Shown: positions 12,903-26,174, counted from the first letter of the stretch. The stretch: 64,000 nt of DNA from an uncultured Acidobacteriota bacterium (GCA_963796275.1 CAWCKY010000004.1:1120001-1184000), one strand, 5' to 3'. A program made the numbers and translations. The notes: generated by a model not told the origin, from the letters alone.

Positions 12903-13121
12903 AGTCGATTGCCCGCCTCGTACCCCGAAACCGGATAACTAACATCTGTGATTCACCGACAAACATCCTGAAACCGGATAGAATAGCTTGTCCGGTTTCA
13001 GGTGACCGGTGCTCCAGCAGAAAGAATTGGCGTATTTTTATCTCCTGTTCACCTTGTGCCAATATTTATTACTTTGGTTTAGAATCTATGTTTCGATCGT
13101 AAATATATTTCGAGGTCTTGT

Positions 13122-15188
<2,067 letters not shown>

Positions 15189-15261
15189 TATTCCCTTTTT
15201 GCTCATGACGTCGCAAGCTGAGCGACCGATGTCAGGTCTCAGAACGCGAGTCGAGAGCGAA

Positions 15262-15343
15262 GCAAACAGGGCAAAAATTAGCAAAATAGACACAAAATTT
15301 TTCCCTCTTTTGCCATTTTTATGCCTTTTTTGCTTCCCTGTTT
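15262..15343. repeat. A-rich/T-rich ~9-mer inverted repeat
   Basis: GCAAACAGGGCAAAAATTAGCAAAA...TTTTGCCATTTTTATGCCTTTTTTGCTTCCCTGTTTG. Confidence 0.7.
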
Positions 15344-15367
15344 GAATTTCTTAGGAGTCACATCGAT

Positions 15368-17386
15368 ATGCTTCGTTTCTTCGCCAAATTTCAGCGCTCG
15401 CGCACTTTTATCTTGTACGCATTCGCAGGGCTACTTCTCGTCGGTCTCATCACATTCCTCATTCCCAGCGGTCAGCTCGATCCAACTGGCAGATTTGAAA
15501 CTTCGACGGGCGATGATGATACGACCATCGCCACGGTCGGATCGCAGGAAGTTACGCTGAAAGAGTTCCGCAATGGGCTGCTGCGAATGTCTCAACAATT
15601 CAGCCGCGGCGACTCATTCCCTCTCGCAACTCTGAAACAGTTCGGGATGGATAAGCAGGTGCTCGATCAATTGATCAACAGCCGGCTCATCCTGGATCAG
15701 GCAGAAGAACTCGACCTGACGGGCACGGACCGCGAGATATCTGACATAGTTATCGGCCAATTCAAGGATAAAAACGGAAACTTTATCGGAGTGGAAGAAT
15801 ATAAAAATCAGTTGCGCGGCCAGAATGTCGATGTCACTGAATTCGAGAAGGAGTTACGAGAAGGGTTAACCGCCGCCAAGTTCCGCAAATATCTGGATGC
15901 GGATGTACAGGTCTCAGACCGTGATATCGATGAGAAATTCAGAAAAGACAACACCAAGGTCGAAATCGCATACGCCACAGTCGACATCGATAATATACGC
16001 AAGAAATACACACCTTCGGAAGAAGAGCTGAAGTCACACTACGAAGCGAACAAGGGCGAGTTCAAAGCTACCGAGCCCGTGCGCAAGGTCGATTATCTCT
16101 TCATCTCATCTGACGACGTGGCGAAGGTCCTGCCGGTCACCGATGAGGAGCTGCGCAAGGAGTACGAGGCCGGGAAAGAGCAAGAGTATCGCGCCGGCAT
16201 CATTAAACTGAATATACTCGCGCCTCAGGACGAAACGACTGTCAAGAACAAGATCGACGAGCTTGCCGCCAAGGTGCGGGGCCCGCAGGGAGGAAAAGGC
16301 GAAGACTTCGCGACTGTAGCGCGCGGAAATTCACAAGACGCGTCCGCACCGAATGGAGGTGATATCGGATGGATCAGGAAAGACCAGAAAAAGACGACTG
16401 ACTGGCGACAGCGAATCTACACGAGCGGGCTAAAGCCAGGCGATATCGAGGGCCCATTCAAAGACGGCAAGAGTTGGTATTTGATGAAAGTCACGGAAGA
16501 GCGCGCCGTACCTTTCGAGCAGATGGTCGCTGTACTTAAAGCCAGACTGAGCAATAACAAGGCATATGCAGAATCCACGAAACTGGCGAAAAAAGCGCAG
16601 GAGAAGGCGAAAGAGTACAAAGACCTGCGAAAAGCAGCTGAAGAGATCGCCAAAGAGCTGAAAGTTCCGGCCGCGTCGATGGTCAAGTCGACCCCTTACT
16701 TCAAAAACGGGGATTCCTTCGAGCTAGGTAAGGGATCGGGCCGCGCCAGCACCCCCGCTTTTGAAACCGCAGTCAGCACGCTGAAGAAAGGCGACATCGG
16801 CGACAGTGTGAGCATTCCGGGCGGACAAGCTGTTCCGCAAGTGGTCGATCTCATCGAGAACGGGCAGGAGTTGACATTCGATCAGGCGCGTAATCAAGTT
16901 GAAGAAAAAGTCCGCGCCATCAAGGAGCCGGCCCTCGCTCAGGCGAAAGCACAAGAGATCGTCAACCGGTCCAGTAACGCCGACGAATTCCAGAGAGTCG
17001 CCAAGGCTGAGGGACTCGAGGTGAAGACCGATACCAACTTCAATACCTATAGTTTCCCGGGATCGGCTAGGGGCGGCAGCTCGCCTGCCTCGACCCAAGC
17101 CCAAACTGCTCTGAAGACCATCAAAGAGGGCGAGGTCTTCAAAACCCCGATCAAGTCAGGGATTTCTTATGTAATCTTCGCTGCCACCAAGCGAACGGAA
17201 CCCGATCTCACCAAGCTTCCGGCCCAACGCGACAGGATTCGTGAGGACATCGCCTCTCAGCGGCAGATGGAAGCCTTTGACGCTTTCATCAAATCGACAA
17301 GGAAACAGTATGAACAGCAGGGAAAGCTAAAGGTCTATCAAGACAAGATTGATAAATTCTTCGCCTCCCTCGCGCCGCAACAGTAG
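15368..17386 (+). CDS. SurA N-terminal / PpiD-like peptidyl-prolyl isomerase
   Basis: N-terminal TM anchor, SurA-like helical domain, parvulin motif DFATVARGNSQDASAPNGGDIGWI. Confidence 0.85.
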   Translation: MLRFFAKFQRSRTFILYAFAGLLLVGLITFLIPSGQLDPTGRFETSTGDDDTTIATVGSQEVTLKEFRNGLLRMSQQFSRGDSFPLATLKQFGMDKQVLDQLINSRLILDQAEELDLTGTDREISDIVIGQFKDKNGNFIGVEEYKNQLRGQNVDVTEFEKELREGLTAAKFRKYLDADVQVSDRDIDEKFRKDNTKVEIAYATVDIDNIRKKYTPSEEELKSHYEANKGEFKATEPVRKVDYLFISSDDVAKVLPVTDEELRKEYEAGKEQEYRAGIIKLNILAPQDETTVKNKIDELAAKVRGPQGGKGEDFATVARGNSQDASAPNGGDIGWIRKDQKKTTDWRQRIYTSGLKPGDIEGPFKDGKSWYLMKVTEERAVPFEQMVAVLKARLSNNKAYAESTKLAKKAQEKAKEYKDLRKAAEEIAKELKVPAASMVKSTPYFKNGDSFELGKGSGRASTPAFETAVSTLKKGDIGDSVSIPGGQAVPQVVDLIENGQELTFDQARNQVEEKVRAIKEPALAQAKAQEIVNRSSNADEFQRVAKAEGLEVKTDTNFNTYSFPGSARGGSSPASTQAQTALKTIKEGEVFKTPIKSGISYVIFAATKRTEPDLTKLPAQRDRIREDIASQRQMEAFDAFIKSTRKQYEQQGKLKVYQDKIDKFFASLAPQQ

Positions 17387-17496
17387 ATGGCGGATTTCGT
17401 TCGGGTCATCGCAAAAATAAAAAAAGACAGAAAACATAAATGAATGTTTTCTGTCTTTTATCTTTTGAGGGAATCTTTACAGGCGTCGACCTCTTT

Positions 17497-18555
17497 TTAC
17501 TTCTTCTCACCGTTTGCCGACTTCTTAGTCAACTGGTCCACCAACGAACGTGGCATATTCATAGAGAGTGAGACGTCGTTGATCTTCGAAATGATCTTCA
17601 CCTGATCGAGCAATTGACCGTAGACCTCCCATTTCGGATCGCCTCCGCTGAGGAATCCTCTGGCCAGACTGAGCAGCCCTTTTAAACCGCTTTCCAGCTC
17701 TGCCGCCTCCTTCTGCGAGGGTGTTCGCATGACCATATCAAGCGAAAGGCTCAGGTCATTTCCTACATCGAGCGTACCCATGATGACCTTGATTGCGGCT
17801 ACCGATGTAAATAGATCACCCTGATTGAGCGCTTCCTGTCGCAGGTGCTCCGGGAGGTTGAGAGCGAAGCGGGCCAGGGCGGAACTCCTCGTCTCATTCA
17901 AAGCGCCAGACATCTCCTTACTGATACCGCCCTTCGCCGAGCCGGAATGAATATCAATCACGCCTTTCAAAACGGTCAGATCGCCGAAGACAAGTTTCTG
18001 TTGACCGAGCGCCGCTACTGCCATCTCATCAGTCTTGAGCGATAGCGGCCCCGCCGATGGAGAATTTCCACGCCGTACCAGATTAAATATTTGCTTGCCC
18101 TTGTATTCGCTCGCCTTGAATTCAGCGTTATAGGCCTTCATGGCAGCCTCGAGCTTCTTATCGTCCAGATCGAGACCGTGAATTATCATCGCGCCCGTCG
18201 CCTGAGACCCGGGTATCCTGAGCCCCAGCACGGCACTCCGAGCCTTGGCCAGATCGATCCCAGTCCTCAGTATGAAAGCCTGCATCTCCTGCGCCCATTT
18301 GCCTGCCCCGCCCATCCCCATATCGTTCAGCCGCGGTATGAGGTCGTTGACTGCTCGACCGACGTCAATAACGGCGATTAGATCCGATGACGGCAAAAGG
18401 CCGATTAATTCATCTATGGACGCCGCATCCGCTGGTGACGACGCCTTCGAAGGCGGTGTTGCCACCGCAGTCGTTCGTTTCTGCTCGACTGTTTGAGCAT
18501 TCAGTCCGCCCGTTAGCAGGCAAAGAATCAATGCAATCCCCAGATAAATTCGCAT
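17497..18555 (-). CDS. Secreted hypothetical protein
   Basis: 352-aa ORF with signal peptide and RBS (GGGAGA). Confidence 0.75.
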   Translation of the reverse strand: MRIYLGIALILCLLTGGLNAQTVEQKRTTAVATPPSKASSPADAASIDELIGLLPSSDLIAVIDVGRAVNDLIPRLNDMGMGGAGKWAQEMQAFILRTGIDLAKARSAVLGLRIPGSQATGAMIIHGLDLDDKKLEAAMKAYNAEFKASEYKGKQIFNLVRRGNSPSAGPLSLKTDEMAVAALGQQKLVFGDLTVLKGVIDIHSGSAKGGISKEMSGALNETRSSALARFALNLPEHLRQEALNQGDLFTSVAAIKVIMGTLDVGNDLSLSLDMVMRTPSQKEAAELESGLKGLLSLARGFLSGGDPKWEVYGQLLDQVKIISKINDVSLSMNMPRSLVDQLTKKSANGEKK

Positions 18556-18618
18556 AATGTCTCCCTCTATAATTATTGATCTTCGATAGATTCGTTATCT
18601 ATAACCCATTCGCCCCTG

Positions 18619-18647
18619 TTGACAGCCTCCAGCCTTAGCAGTAGCTT
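18619..18647 (+). promoter_or_regulatory. Putative sigma70 promoter
   Basis: TTGACA-N17-TAGCTT upstream of the 18703 ORF. Confidence 0.5.
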
Positions 18648-18702
18648 TCTGACAGATGCAGGACAATTATAACAGACAAAAAATACAAAATAGCCGATTA
18701 AG

Positions 18703-19302
18703 ATGACGGGGCAAATGGGGCAAACGGGTCAAATGGGTCAAATAGGTCAAACTGGTCAGACCGATCAAGTGAGCGGATCGCCGAAAAAAGAGCACATTTG
18801 GCTCGTCGCACTATATGAGCAGGAAGCGCGAGCCGACGAGTTGCTCGATCGTTTGAATGCGATCGGGGTGGACACCAGTGAAGCAACCACCGTCCGCGTC
18901 GAGATAGATGACCATATCCGCGCCGCTCAATATTCCACCTTCCCGAATGGCTCTGCTTTGTCGCCCATGGCACGCAGCGCAGTGACCGGAGCTCTTTTTG
19001 GTGGAGCCTCATTTTTGGTCACCGGCATCGGCGCTTATTCGTCCGGTCTGGTTGCTTTCGAAGCCGTCGAAGGACTGTTCAACCACGCGTTCCTTTCGTT
19101 CGTCGCCGGCGCGCTGATCGGAGCGGCGATCGGCATGATCATCGGATCGGCGCATGATCGGAAGATCGCCCGATCTTATTTTTCAGACATGGATCAGCTG
19201 AAGAGCGAAGGATTTCTCGTCGCCGTCAAGATGCCGCCCGCTCTGGCCGAACGTGCCGAAGAAATCGCTCGTGGGTTAGGTGCAAAAGAAATTCTTTTAT
19301 AA
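18703..19302 (+). CDS. Hypothetical membrane protein (glycine-zipper, general-stress-like)
   Basis: Two Gly/Ala-rich helices and C-terminal AERAEEIARGLGA; N-terminal (xGQ)n repeat. Confidence 0.7.
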   Translation: MTGQMGQTGQMGQIGQTGQTDQVSGSPKKEHIWLVALYEQEARADELLDRLNAIGVDTSEATTVRVEIDDHIRAAQYSTFPNGSALSPMARSAVTGALFGGASFLVTGIGAYSSGLVAFEAVEGLFNHAFLSFVAGALIGAAIGMIIGSAHDRKIARSYFSDMDQLKSEGFLVAVKMPPALAERAEEIARGLGAKEILL

Positions 19303-19368
19303 GAAAGGGAAATCAGCGCGGGCGGCACAGCGTGCCGTGGTTTCAATTATCCTCGCAATCCTGAGGAA

Positions 19369-20631
19369 TCAATGCTCCGTTGACAGCTCGAGTGTGGCCA
19401 CAGCGCGCTTGCTCATATATGCTCTGATTCCATAAAACATCAATAGGCCGATGAGCAGGTAGATGATCGAGTTCGCGCTGAGAGATGCGCCCATTCCATA
19501 AGAACCTGCGGCATATGCGATAGCCGTCGGTGCGATGGCTGCACCCAACCAGCCTATGGAATTCATCAATCCGACCGCCGTCGCACGCCGTTCCGGTTTC
19601 ACCACGTCATAGAGCGAAGCCCAGATGTTCGCATCATATATCCCCTTGAAGAAGCCGAACCCGATCATCCCCCCAATCAATACCGGAATTGAGAGCGTCC
19701 ATCCGGTCAGAAAGATAAATACCGCTCCGCCGAACAAGCCGAGGCACTGTGCCATCATACGGCCGCCCGCACGTCGTCTAGCCAGCCGATCGGCCAGCAC
19801 GCCGCCTACTAAGACGCCGATCATAGAAGCGATCTGCGGATAAGCGGTCGCGCTCAACCCGGCCAGCGCGAGGCTCATATTGAACTTGTCATAAAGGAAC
19901 TTGGGCATCCACGTGAGGAAGACCGAAGCCACGAAATTCGCTCCGACAAAGACCGCGATCAGGATTCTCACCATCGGGGTGCGAAAGATCTCCCGGATGT
20001 CTTCCCAGAGATTCGGCCGCCTGAGATCGATCACGGCATGCGGTTCTAACGAGTCTGATTTCGTGCGCGGCGGCTCCTTGAGCGTCAAGAGCAGAACGGC
20101 TCCCAGAACGATGCCTAGCATTCCGAAAAGATAGAAGCCGGATCGCCATCCGTAGTACTGCCCCATATAACCCGCCACCGCTCCGCCCGCGATCGTTCCC
20201 GCATAAACGCTTGATTGATGAATGCCCATCGCCCGGGACTTCGTCTCGGGGCCATGGTAATCGCTGATGAGCGCCATCGAAGCGGGGAAATAGAATGCCT
20301 CGCCGAATCCTTCGAGCCCGCGGAAGAGGACCAGATGCCAGTATGTCGTCGACAACGACGTCGCCACGGTGATCAAAGACCAGAAAACGAGGCCGGAGAT
20401 AATGAGGAATTTACGGTTGAGCTTATCGCCGATGATCCCCGCGACCGGTCCCACCAACGCGTAGACGTACATAAACGACGAGCCGACGAAGCTGAGCTGC
20501 ACATTACTCAACCCCATCTCCTGCTGGAGCAGGGGGAAAACCGAAAAGATCGCTTGCCGGTCAGCGTAGTTGAAGAAACAGACGAACCAGAGTAGACCTA
20601 CCACTATCCATTTGTAGTTGTTGGTGAACAT
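19369..20631 (-). CDS. MFS transporter
   Basis: NYADRQAIFSVFP and motif A GIIGDKLNRK; start taken at the ATG at 20631. Confidence 0.92.
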   Translation of the reverse strand: MFTNNYKWIVVGLLWFVCFFNYADRQAIFSVFPLLQQEMGLSNVQLSFVGSSFMYVYALVGPVAGIIGDKLNRKFLIISGLVFWSLITVATSLSTTYWHLVLFRGLEGFGEAFYFPASMALISDYHGPETKSRAMGIHQSSVYAGTIAGGAVAGYMGQYYGWRSGFYLFGMLGIVLGAVLLLTLKEPPRTKSDSLEPHAVIDLRRPNLWEDIREIFRTPMVRILIAVFVGANFVASVFLTWMPKFLYDKFNMSLALAGLSATAYPQIASMIGVLVGGVLADRLARRRAGGRMMAQCLGLFGGAVFIFLTGWTLSIPVLIGGMIGFGFFKGIYDANIWASLYDVVKPERRATAVGLMNSIGWLGAAIAPTAIAYAAGSYGMGASLSANSIIYLLIGLLMFYGIRAYMSKRAVATLELSTEH

Positions 20632-20654
20632 TGGATCGGGAAACTGGGACCGCA

Positions 20655-20701
20655 AAATTTAAAATTTTAGATTTTAGATTTTAGATTTTAGATTTTAGAT
20701 T
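20655..20701. repeat. Tandem heptamer (ATTTTAG)n
   Basis: About six copies seen directly. Confidence 0.85.
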
Positions 20702-20702
20702 C

Positions 20703-23252
20703 TTACTGCTGTTCCGGCTTACTCGTCAATAGCGCATTAAACATCAAGGGAAAAGTCGCCAGCGTCTGTCCACGGTATTGAGGTCTGAACCCGAACAGTA
20801 TGACACGCCCCTTCCCCAGCTTGGCGTCGACCATCGCCCCCTTCCCGCGAATCAGCTTATCGCCCAATATCCAACCGCTCAGCAACGGATTAGCCGCACC
20901 CGGATACCGCGCGATGACTCTCGCCTTCGCCGGGTCCGTGACTTCAAACGCCGGCCCACTCTCGAACCACGCGATTGCGTCTTTCTCCAAACCGAAAGTC
21001 AATGCGCTGGTGGAATCGAGCTGCGTACGGAGAATCGAGCCCGGGCAATAAAAATCTTTCACGGATACGCCCTTGAGCACATTGCGCACGGGCAGGGCGA
21101 ATTTTTCGATAGCGAAGTTCGATGCGTTGTTGAAGGTGATCAAGGTGCCCCCGCCTTCGACAAATCCTCGCAAAGCCTTGATTCCAGCTTCGCCCAATCC
21201 GCCGGCGTATTCAGCCGGATACCCCCCACCACTTTCGTCGTCTGGAGAGACCCCATCCAATTTCCCCGGCAGGCCATTGACCAGATCCTCCACCGTTTGA
21301 TCGGGGATGATGATCACGTCGTACTTAGCATTGAGGTTCCCCGAGCGCACCTCGGCATCTAACAGAGAAGTATAAGGAAACCGGTATTGATCGAATATCC
21401 AGCGCGTCCATCCTTCATCCATGGAGGGGCGGTGATTTTTATAGATCGCAGCACGGACCCCGGCGTTTGTCCGAACGCGGGATTGAAGGATGAGCCCGAT
21501 CACTTCGAGTTGAAGATCGGCATCGAACTTCTCTTTGATACTAACCGTGTTGACATTCATCATTTGCGATAAATCGTGTGCGGTCACGTCATATGGACGC
21601 TTGGGCGGGCCGCCGGGATATTCACGCAGATCGGGGTAGATCTGTGGTTCGAGCAGCGCCCGGGCGAATGCGGAATATGGCTGATTCATCAATATGATAT
21701 GCGTGCCCGCCGGATAGGGTTTCCCGTCCGCGATGAAATCTTTATTTGCGCGCGTGATCTCGACTCCACCGCGCTTGAGGATCGAGAGCAAACGATCGAT
21801 GCCTTCGGTCTTGTAATAATAAATGACCTCCTCAGAAGTCGACGGCTCGTTGCTGATCGACCCTAAGAGAGCCTCGCTCTTGTCGTGTTGCTCCTGAGGC
21901 GTTCCGCTGACATTTTTCAAACCGCTGTTGAGCCGCTTAAAAGCATCGCTGAGCGTTTTCGGCACCTCGGGTTCGAGCAGGAGAATGGCGTGAGGCATCC
22001 CATTCGCGGCAACCGCTCTTCTGCTGAGCTGATAAAAATTGCGCAGATAGAGCTCGCGATGCCGGGCGGCGTGATTCAACAACGCCAGCGCCCCGGCGCT
22101 CTGATAATCGACGATGTCACGGAGCGTCCATTTGCCACCAGGCCAGGGTTTGGGAAAATTCCACGACGCTGTCTTCGCATTGTAATTCGGTCCCGCGCCC
22201 AATTGATTGAACTTCACTTCGACAGGTGTCGCCAGCTTCGCGCTGGCCGTCTCGGATAATATCCGCAACCCCCCGTGATAATGCGCGTATGCGCGCGCCG
22301 GCGTCCATGCGTCGAAGATGCCATTGATGACAACTCCGCTCTTGCCCTGCCCGATCATTTCCCACGCCACCGAGGTGCCCAGAGCGGTGACTCCCGCGAT
22401 GATAGCCGGATCAATATTGGGCTCCCAAGGATCGATATAGGGCGGTATGAAATACCGCGCGCCTCCGCTGCGCATCTGATGAATGTCGTGGAGTATCTGC
22501 GGATGCCAGGCATTGAGGATATTGTCTACCGTGAGCTGCGTTTCCAATTGGGTGAACGCGTACCAATCGCGGTTGTTGTCATGCCCCGTGTAGTGATGAT
22601 AAAGCTCCGGCGGCGGCATCCCCTCGGCGCGCGTGCCGAGCGTTTTCTGATACCAATTGGCTACGATATCGGTTCCATCGGGATTGAGCGAAGGCACGAG
22701 AAACAGGACAACATTGTCCAGAATCTGTTTGACATCGGGCGTGTTCTCCGAAGCCAGGCGATAAGCCAGCTCAGTCGCGGTGAAGGTCCCGCCTACTTCA
22801 GTCGAATGAATGCTGCAGGTGATGACGACGATGCTCTTCCCCGCCCGAATCAGCTCGTTGATGTATGTTTCATCCGTTGAAACCAGGAGCCGCGGATCGG
22901 CGAGTTTTCTCTGAATATCTTTGAATTCATCGAGGCGCTTCAGATTTTCCGCGGACGAGATTGTCGCAACCATGAATGGCCGCTTGAGAGTCGTCTTACC
23001 CAGTTCGTTAACTTTGATGCGGTCGCTCGATTCCGCGAGTTTGCGAAAGTAAGCCAGAAATTTATCCCACGTGGCGAGTTTACGCTCCTCGCCGATCTTA
23101 AAGCCCAAGACCGTCTCGGGCGCGGGAATGACATTCGATCCGTTTGGCGTCTGCGCATCCGCGCGAAATCGGCCGGGTATGATGAGGCAAATTAATGCGG
23201 TAGTGAGGGTTAAGAGGCGATACGTTTTTGTTGTCATCACGATCAACTCCAA
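20703..23252 (-). CDS. M14-family zinc carboxypeptidase
   Basis: SIHSTE, LNPDG, DNNRDW, DIHQM; signal peptide; C-terminal glutamine-amidotransferase-like domain. Confidence 0.9.
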   Translation of the reverse strand: MELIVMTTKTYRLLTLTTALICLIIPGRFRADAQTPNGSNVIPAPETVLGFKIGEERKLATWDKFLAYFRKLAESSDRIKVNELGKTTLKRPFMVATISSAENLKRLDEFKDIQRKLADPRLLVSTDETYINELIRAGKSIVVITCSIHSTEVGGTFTATELAYRLASENTPDVKQILDNVVLFLVPSLNPDGTDIVANWYQKTLGTRAEGMPPPELYHHYTGHDNNRDWYAFTQLETQLTVDNILNAWHPQILHDIHQMRSGGARYFIPPYIDPWEPNIDPAIIAGVTALGTSVAWEMIGQGKSGVVINGIFDAWTPARAYAHYHGGLRILSETASAKLATPVEVKFNQLGAGPNYNAKTASWNFPKPWPGGKWTLRDIVDYQSAGALALLNHAARHRELYLRNFYQLSRRAVAANGMPHAILLLEPEVPKTLSDAFKRLNSGLKNVSGTPQEQHDKSEALLGSISNEPSTSEEVIYYYKTEGIDRLLSILKRGGVEITRANKDFIADGKPYPAGTHIILMNQPYSAFARALLEPQIYPDLREYPGGPPKRPYDVTAHDLSQMMNVNTVSIKEKFDADLQLEVIGLILQSRVRTNAGVRAAIYKNHRPSMDEGWTRWIFDQYRFPYTSLLDAEVRSGNLNAKYDVIIIPDQTVEDLVNGLPGKLDGVSPDDESGGGYPAEYAGGLGEAGIKALRGFVEGGGTLITFNNASNFAIEKFALPVRNVLKGVSVKDFYCPGSILRTQLDSTSALTFGLEKDAIAWFESGPAFEVTDPAKARVIARYPGAANPLLSGWILGDKLIRGKGAMVDAKLGKGRVILFGFRPQYRGQTLATFPLMFNALLTSKPEQQ

Positions 23253-23575
23253 AATATTTAGGCGTAGCCTGCAATATCACTTGATTTCAATCTGTAGTAC
23301 CGGTAATTTAACACTGCATTCGAGATAAGTAACCCCGCATTCAACCTGGACACAGGTTTCTCCAAAAATTATTTATTTTCTATTTTCAGACAGGTGTATT
23401 GTATGACTGGCCACAGCGGCACTGGGAGAGTGAAAGACAAGGAGACAAATAGGCGTAAGGACGAAGGAATATCCCGTTCAAGAGCCGGGTTATCTCCGTG
23501 CCTCCCGATTTTTCTGGGCATCTAGGGCCGATCCTCCAGTATCGACCCAACTGCAATCGACCAAACAAAATAGTC

Positions 23576-24808
23576 ATGAAAACATTTCTGGTGCTCCTTG
23601 CGCTTCTGATCATCGGTTGTGCGTCGGTAAAGCTATACGATGCCAAAATGACCCCTGCATTGTCGGAAGGGGAATCGACCGAATCGACGGGTTACCGAAA
23701 TCCGCGCTCCCTCAGCAAGTATGTCGATCGCCTGATGGGCGATGGCCGGAACTGGAGGCAGCATGGCGTATATGTCGAGACCCTTGACGGGTCGGAACCC
23801 GTGGCGAAACTGAACGAGGATGCCGAATTCAATCCCGCCTCGGTCACCAAATTGGCGACCACTCTGGCCGCACTCGATAAGCTCGGACGTAATCATCGTT
23901 TCCGCACCGAATTCCGAACGGACGGCGAAATCGATCGAAAAAGCGGTGAACTGGTTGGCGATCTCCTGCTGCTCAGCGGAGGCGATCCGTCTTTTTCGAC
24001 CGCTGATGCGCAGCGAGTCGGTGATGTTTTGCGAAATATGGGTATTAGGAGCGTGAATGGCTCTCTGAAAGTTATCGGCGCATTCACCTGCAATGAAAAT
24101 TCGAACACCGAAGTATCGGCCGGCGTCTTACAACGGCAGATGAAAATTCCGTTCCGCAAGGCGGCAACATACGAGGGATTCGAGAAATACGTCCCGCGCG
24201 GACGGCTCCTGTTGACCATCGAATCCGATTCGCTGTTGGAGATCGTGAGATATCTGAACGCGCACAGCGTTAATTCCATGGCAGATATGATCGGAATGCA
24301 TATCGGCGGGCCGGGAGGCGTCCAGAAATTCCTGATCAATAGTATCGGGTTGCCGAGCGATGCGGTCTATATATCGCATGCCTCAGGGTTGGAAGTTAAC
24401 CGGATGACCCCGAAGGATACGGTCAACTTGTTACGCGCATTGATGCGATGGCTCTCCAATAATAATCTCGATCCATCGGCAGTTATGGCGGTTGCCGGGA
24501 TTGATGCGGGTACCCTGCGCGGCCGTTTTGGCGGGCAATTCGCCGGCAGCGTGGTGGCGAAAACAGGGACCTTGTTCAGCACTGATCGCGGTGTCGCGGC
24601 GCTCGCGGGTATCCTATACACGCGCGACCGGGGACCGCTGCTGTTCGCCGTATACGATATGGCAGAGGGAAAGCAAGTTCCTCAACTGCGTCGGGTGCAA
24701 GACGAATTTCTCAGGGAGTTGATACTCGAATGTGGCGGCCCGGATCCACAAGCCCGACGCAAAACAGGAAATCACCGACTAGAGAGCAAGTTCACGACTG
24801 CGCTATGA
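23576..24808 (+). CDS. dacB: D-Ala-D-Ala carboxypeptidase/endopeptidase (peptidase S13, PBP4-like), lipoprotein
   Basis: SxxK (ASVTK), SxN (HSVN), KTG (KTGTL), GGDPS; lipobox IIGC after the ATG at 23576. Confidence 0.85.
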   Translation: MKTFLVLLALLIIGCASVKLYDAKMTPALSEGESTESTGYRNPRSLSKYVDRLMGDGRNWRQHGVYVETLDGSEPVAKLNEDAEFNPASVTKLATTLAALDKLGRNHRFRTEFRTDGEIDRKSGELVGDLLLLSGGDPSFSTADAQRVGDVLRNMGIRSVNGSLKVIGAFTCNENSNTEVSAGVLQRQMKIPFRKAATYEGFEKYVPRGRLLLTIESDSLLEIVRYLNAHSVNSMADMIGMHIGGPGGVQKFLINSIGLPSDAVYISHASGLEVNRMTPKDTVNLLRALMRWLSNNNLDPSAVMAVAGIDAGTLRGRFGGQFAGSVVAKTGTLFSTDRGVAALAGILYTRDRGPLLFAVYDMAEGKQVPQLRRVQDEFLRELILECGGPDPQARRKTGNHRLESKFTTAL

Positions 24809-24890
24809 TAATGGATAATGGATAATGGATGAATTCGTATACACCGTGGAACCAGGCTAAACGAATTATCCATTATCCATTATCCATATT
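24806..24890. repeat. Heptamer inverted repeat (GATAATG)n...(CATTATC)n between convergent genes
   Basis: Seen directly. Confidence 0.85.
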
Positions 24891-25716
24891 ATCTACGCTG
24901 ACATCTCGGACAATAATAAGTCGAGCGCGATCCTTGCGTGAGGCGCCGAATAGGCGAACTACATGTAATGCATGGCAGCCCCTCACGCTCATAAACGCGA
25001 GAAATCGATTCATATCTGCCATAGCTGGCGTCGAGGTCTCCCGATTTCATATCGAACGTGCCGTCGTTTGCGATGGCTTCCGCGAGCACTGCCCGAATCT
25101 CACGAAACAACAATTCCGCGCGCGGTTTAGATACCTTGTTCGCCGGCAATCTAGGGTTTATGCGGGCGCGATGTAATGCCTCCGAGGCATAGATATTCCC
25201 GAGCCCGACTACCTTCTCCTGATCGAGCAGGGCTAGCTTGATCTGTTGCGAACTTCGCTTGAGGATCCGGTAGAGATATTCCGTCGAAAATTCATCACTG
25301 AAAGGCTCCGGCGCCAACTTACTGATATTTTTATAGCAATCCAGCTCAGCTGTACGAACGACCGCCATCACACCGAATTGACGCTGATCGTCGAAGAGCA
25401 ATTTCTTCCCGTCGTCCAGCCAAAAGATTGCATGCGTGTGGGCCGTGTTGGCCGCATCGCTATCGAGATAGATGAAACGGCCGGTCATTCGCAGGTGCGT
25501 GAGCAGCGTGCGGCCATTGGAGAGATTGATGAGAATATATTTGCCGCGCCGCCTGACCTCCTCAACCCGCGCCTCCCGCAGCCAGTTTGAGAATTGGCGA
25601 GGCGAACTCTGGGGAGACAATCCAGCTCTGAGAAGCTTTGCCTTGATGAAGGCTTTTCCTTTGATGAGTTGATGCAACCGTCGCGTGACGATTTCGACTT
25701 CGGGCAGTTCAGGCAT
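24889..25716 (-). CDS. mutM: Formamidopyrimidine-DNA glycosylase
   Basis: MPELPEVE, HLRMTG, GLGNIYASE, C-terminal zinc finger CITC...CPRCQ. Confidence 0.97.
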   Translation of the reverse strand: MPELPEVEIVTRRLHQLIKGKAFIKAKLLRAGLSPQSSPRQFSNWLREARVEEVRRRGKYILINLSNGRTLLTHLRMTGRFIYLDSDAANTAHTHAIFWLDDGKKLLFDDQRQFGVMAVVRTAELDCYKNISKLAPEPFSDEFSTEYLYRILKRSSQQIKLALLDQEKVVGLGNIYASEALHRARINPRLPANKVSKPRAELLFREIRAVLAEAIANDGTFDMKSGDLDASYGRYESISRVYEREGLPCITCSSPIRRLTQGSRSTYYCPRCQRR

Positions 25717-25876
25717 GTCGACTGTTTAGCATGAAATGAGGAATTTAAAAACCAGACCGGACACCGCCCAGACATGCCGGGAAACTCGGGGAGGGGAAAA
25801 ATGGATGATAGGAGTCTTTCTTTTTTGTATTTTATTGCCCTCTTTGTGATTTTTGCGCGAAACGCGCGCACTCATA

Positions 25877-25905
25877 TTGACAAACCCCCTGCCGTTAGAT
25901 ATGTT
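25877..25905 (+). promoter_or_regulatory. sigma70 promoter of the tRNA gene
   Basis: TTGACA-N17-TATGTT. Confidence 0.65.
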
Positions 25906-25914
25906 TGGTTTTTC

Positions 25915-25994
<80 letters not shown>

Positions 25995-26004
25995 TCACAT
26001 TCGA

Positions 26005-26044
26005 AAGGGACCGCGTATGCTGCTGCGGTCCCTTCTGTTTTTTT
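26005..26044 (+). terminator. Rho-independent terminator
   Basis: AAGGGACCGC...GCGGTCCCTT followed by a T-run. Confidence 0.8.
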
Positions 26045-26145
26045 GCAGATGACACGGACGACAAAAGACGAAGATAGGGAGACGGAATCGAGTTCTTCTG
26101 ACTTCTGTCTCTTGACTCCGGAAATCCTATCTCCTCTCTCGTTTC

Positions 26146-26174
26146 TTGACACACCCATCATCGCAAAGTATGAT
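26146..26174 (+). promoter_or_regulatory. sigma70 promoter
   Basis: TTGACA-N17-TATGAT upstream of the pgsA-like gene. Confidence 0.7.
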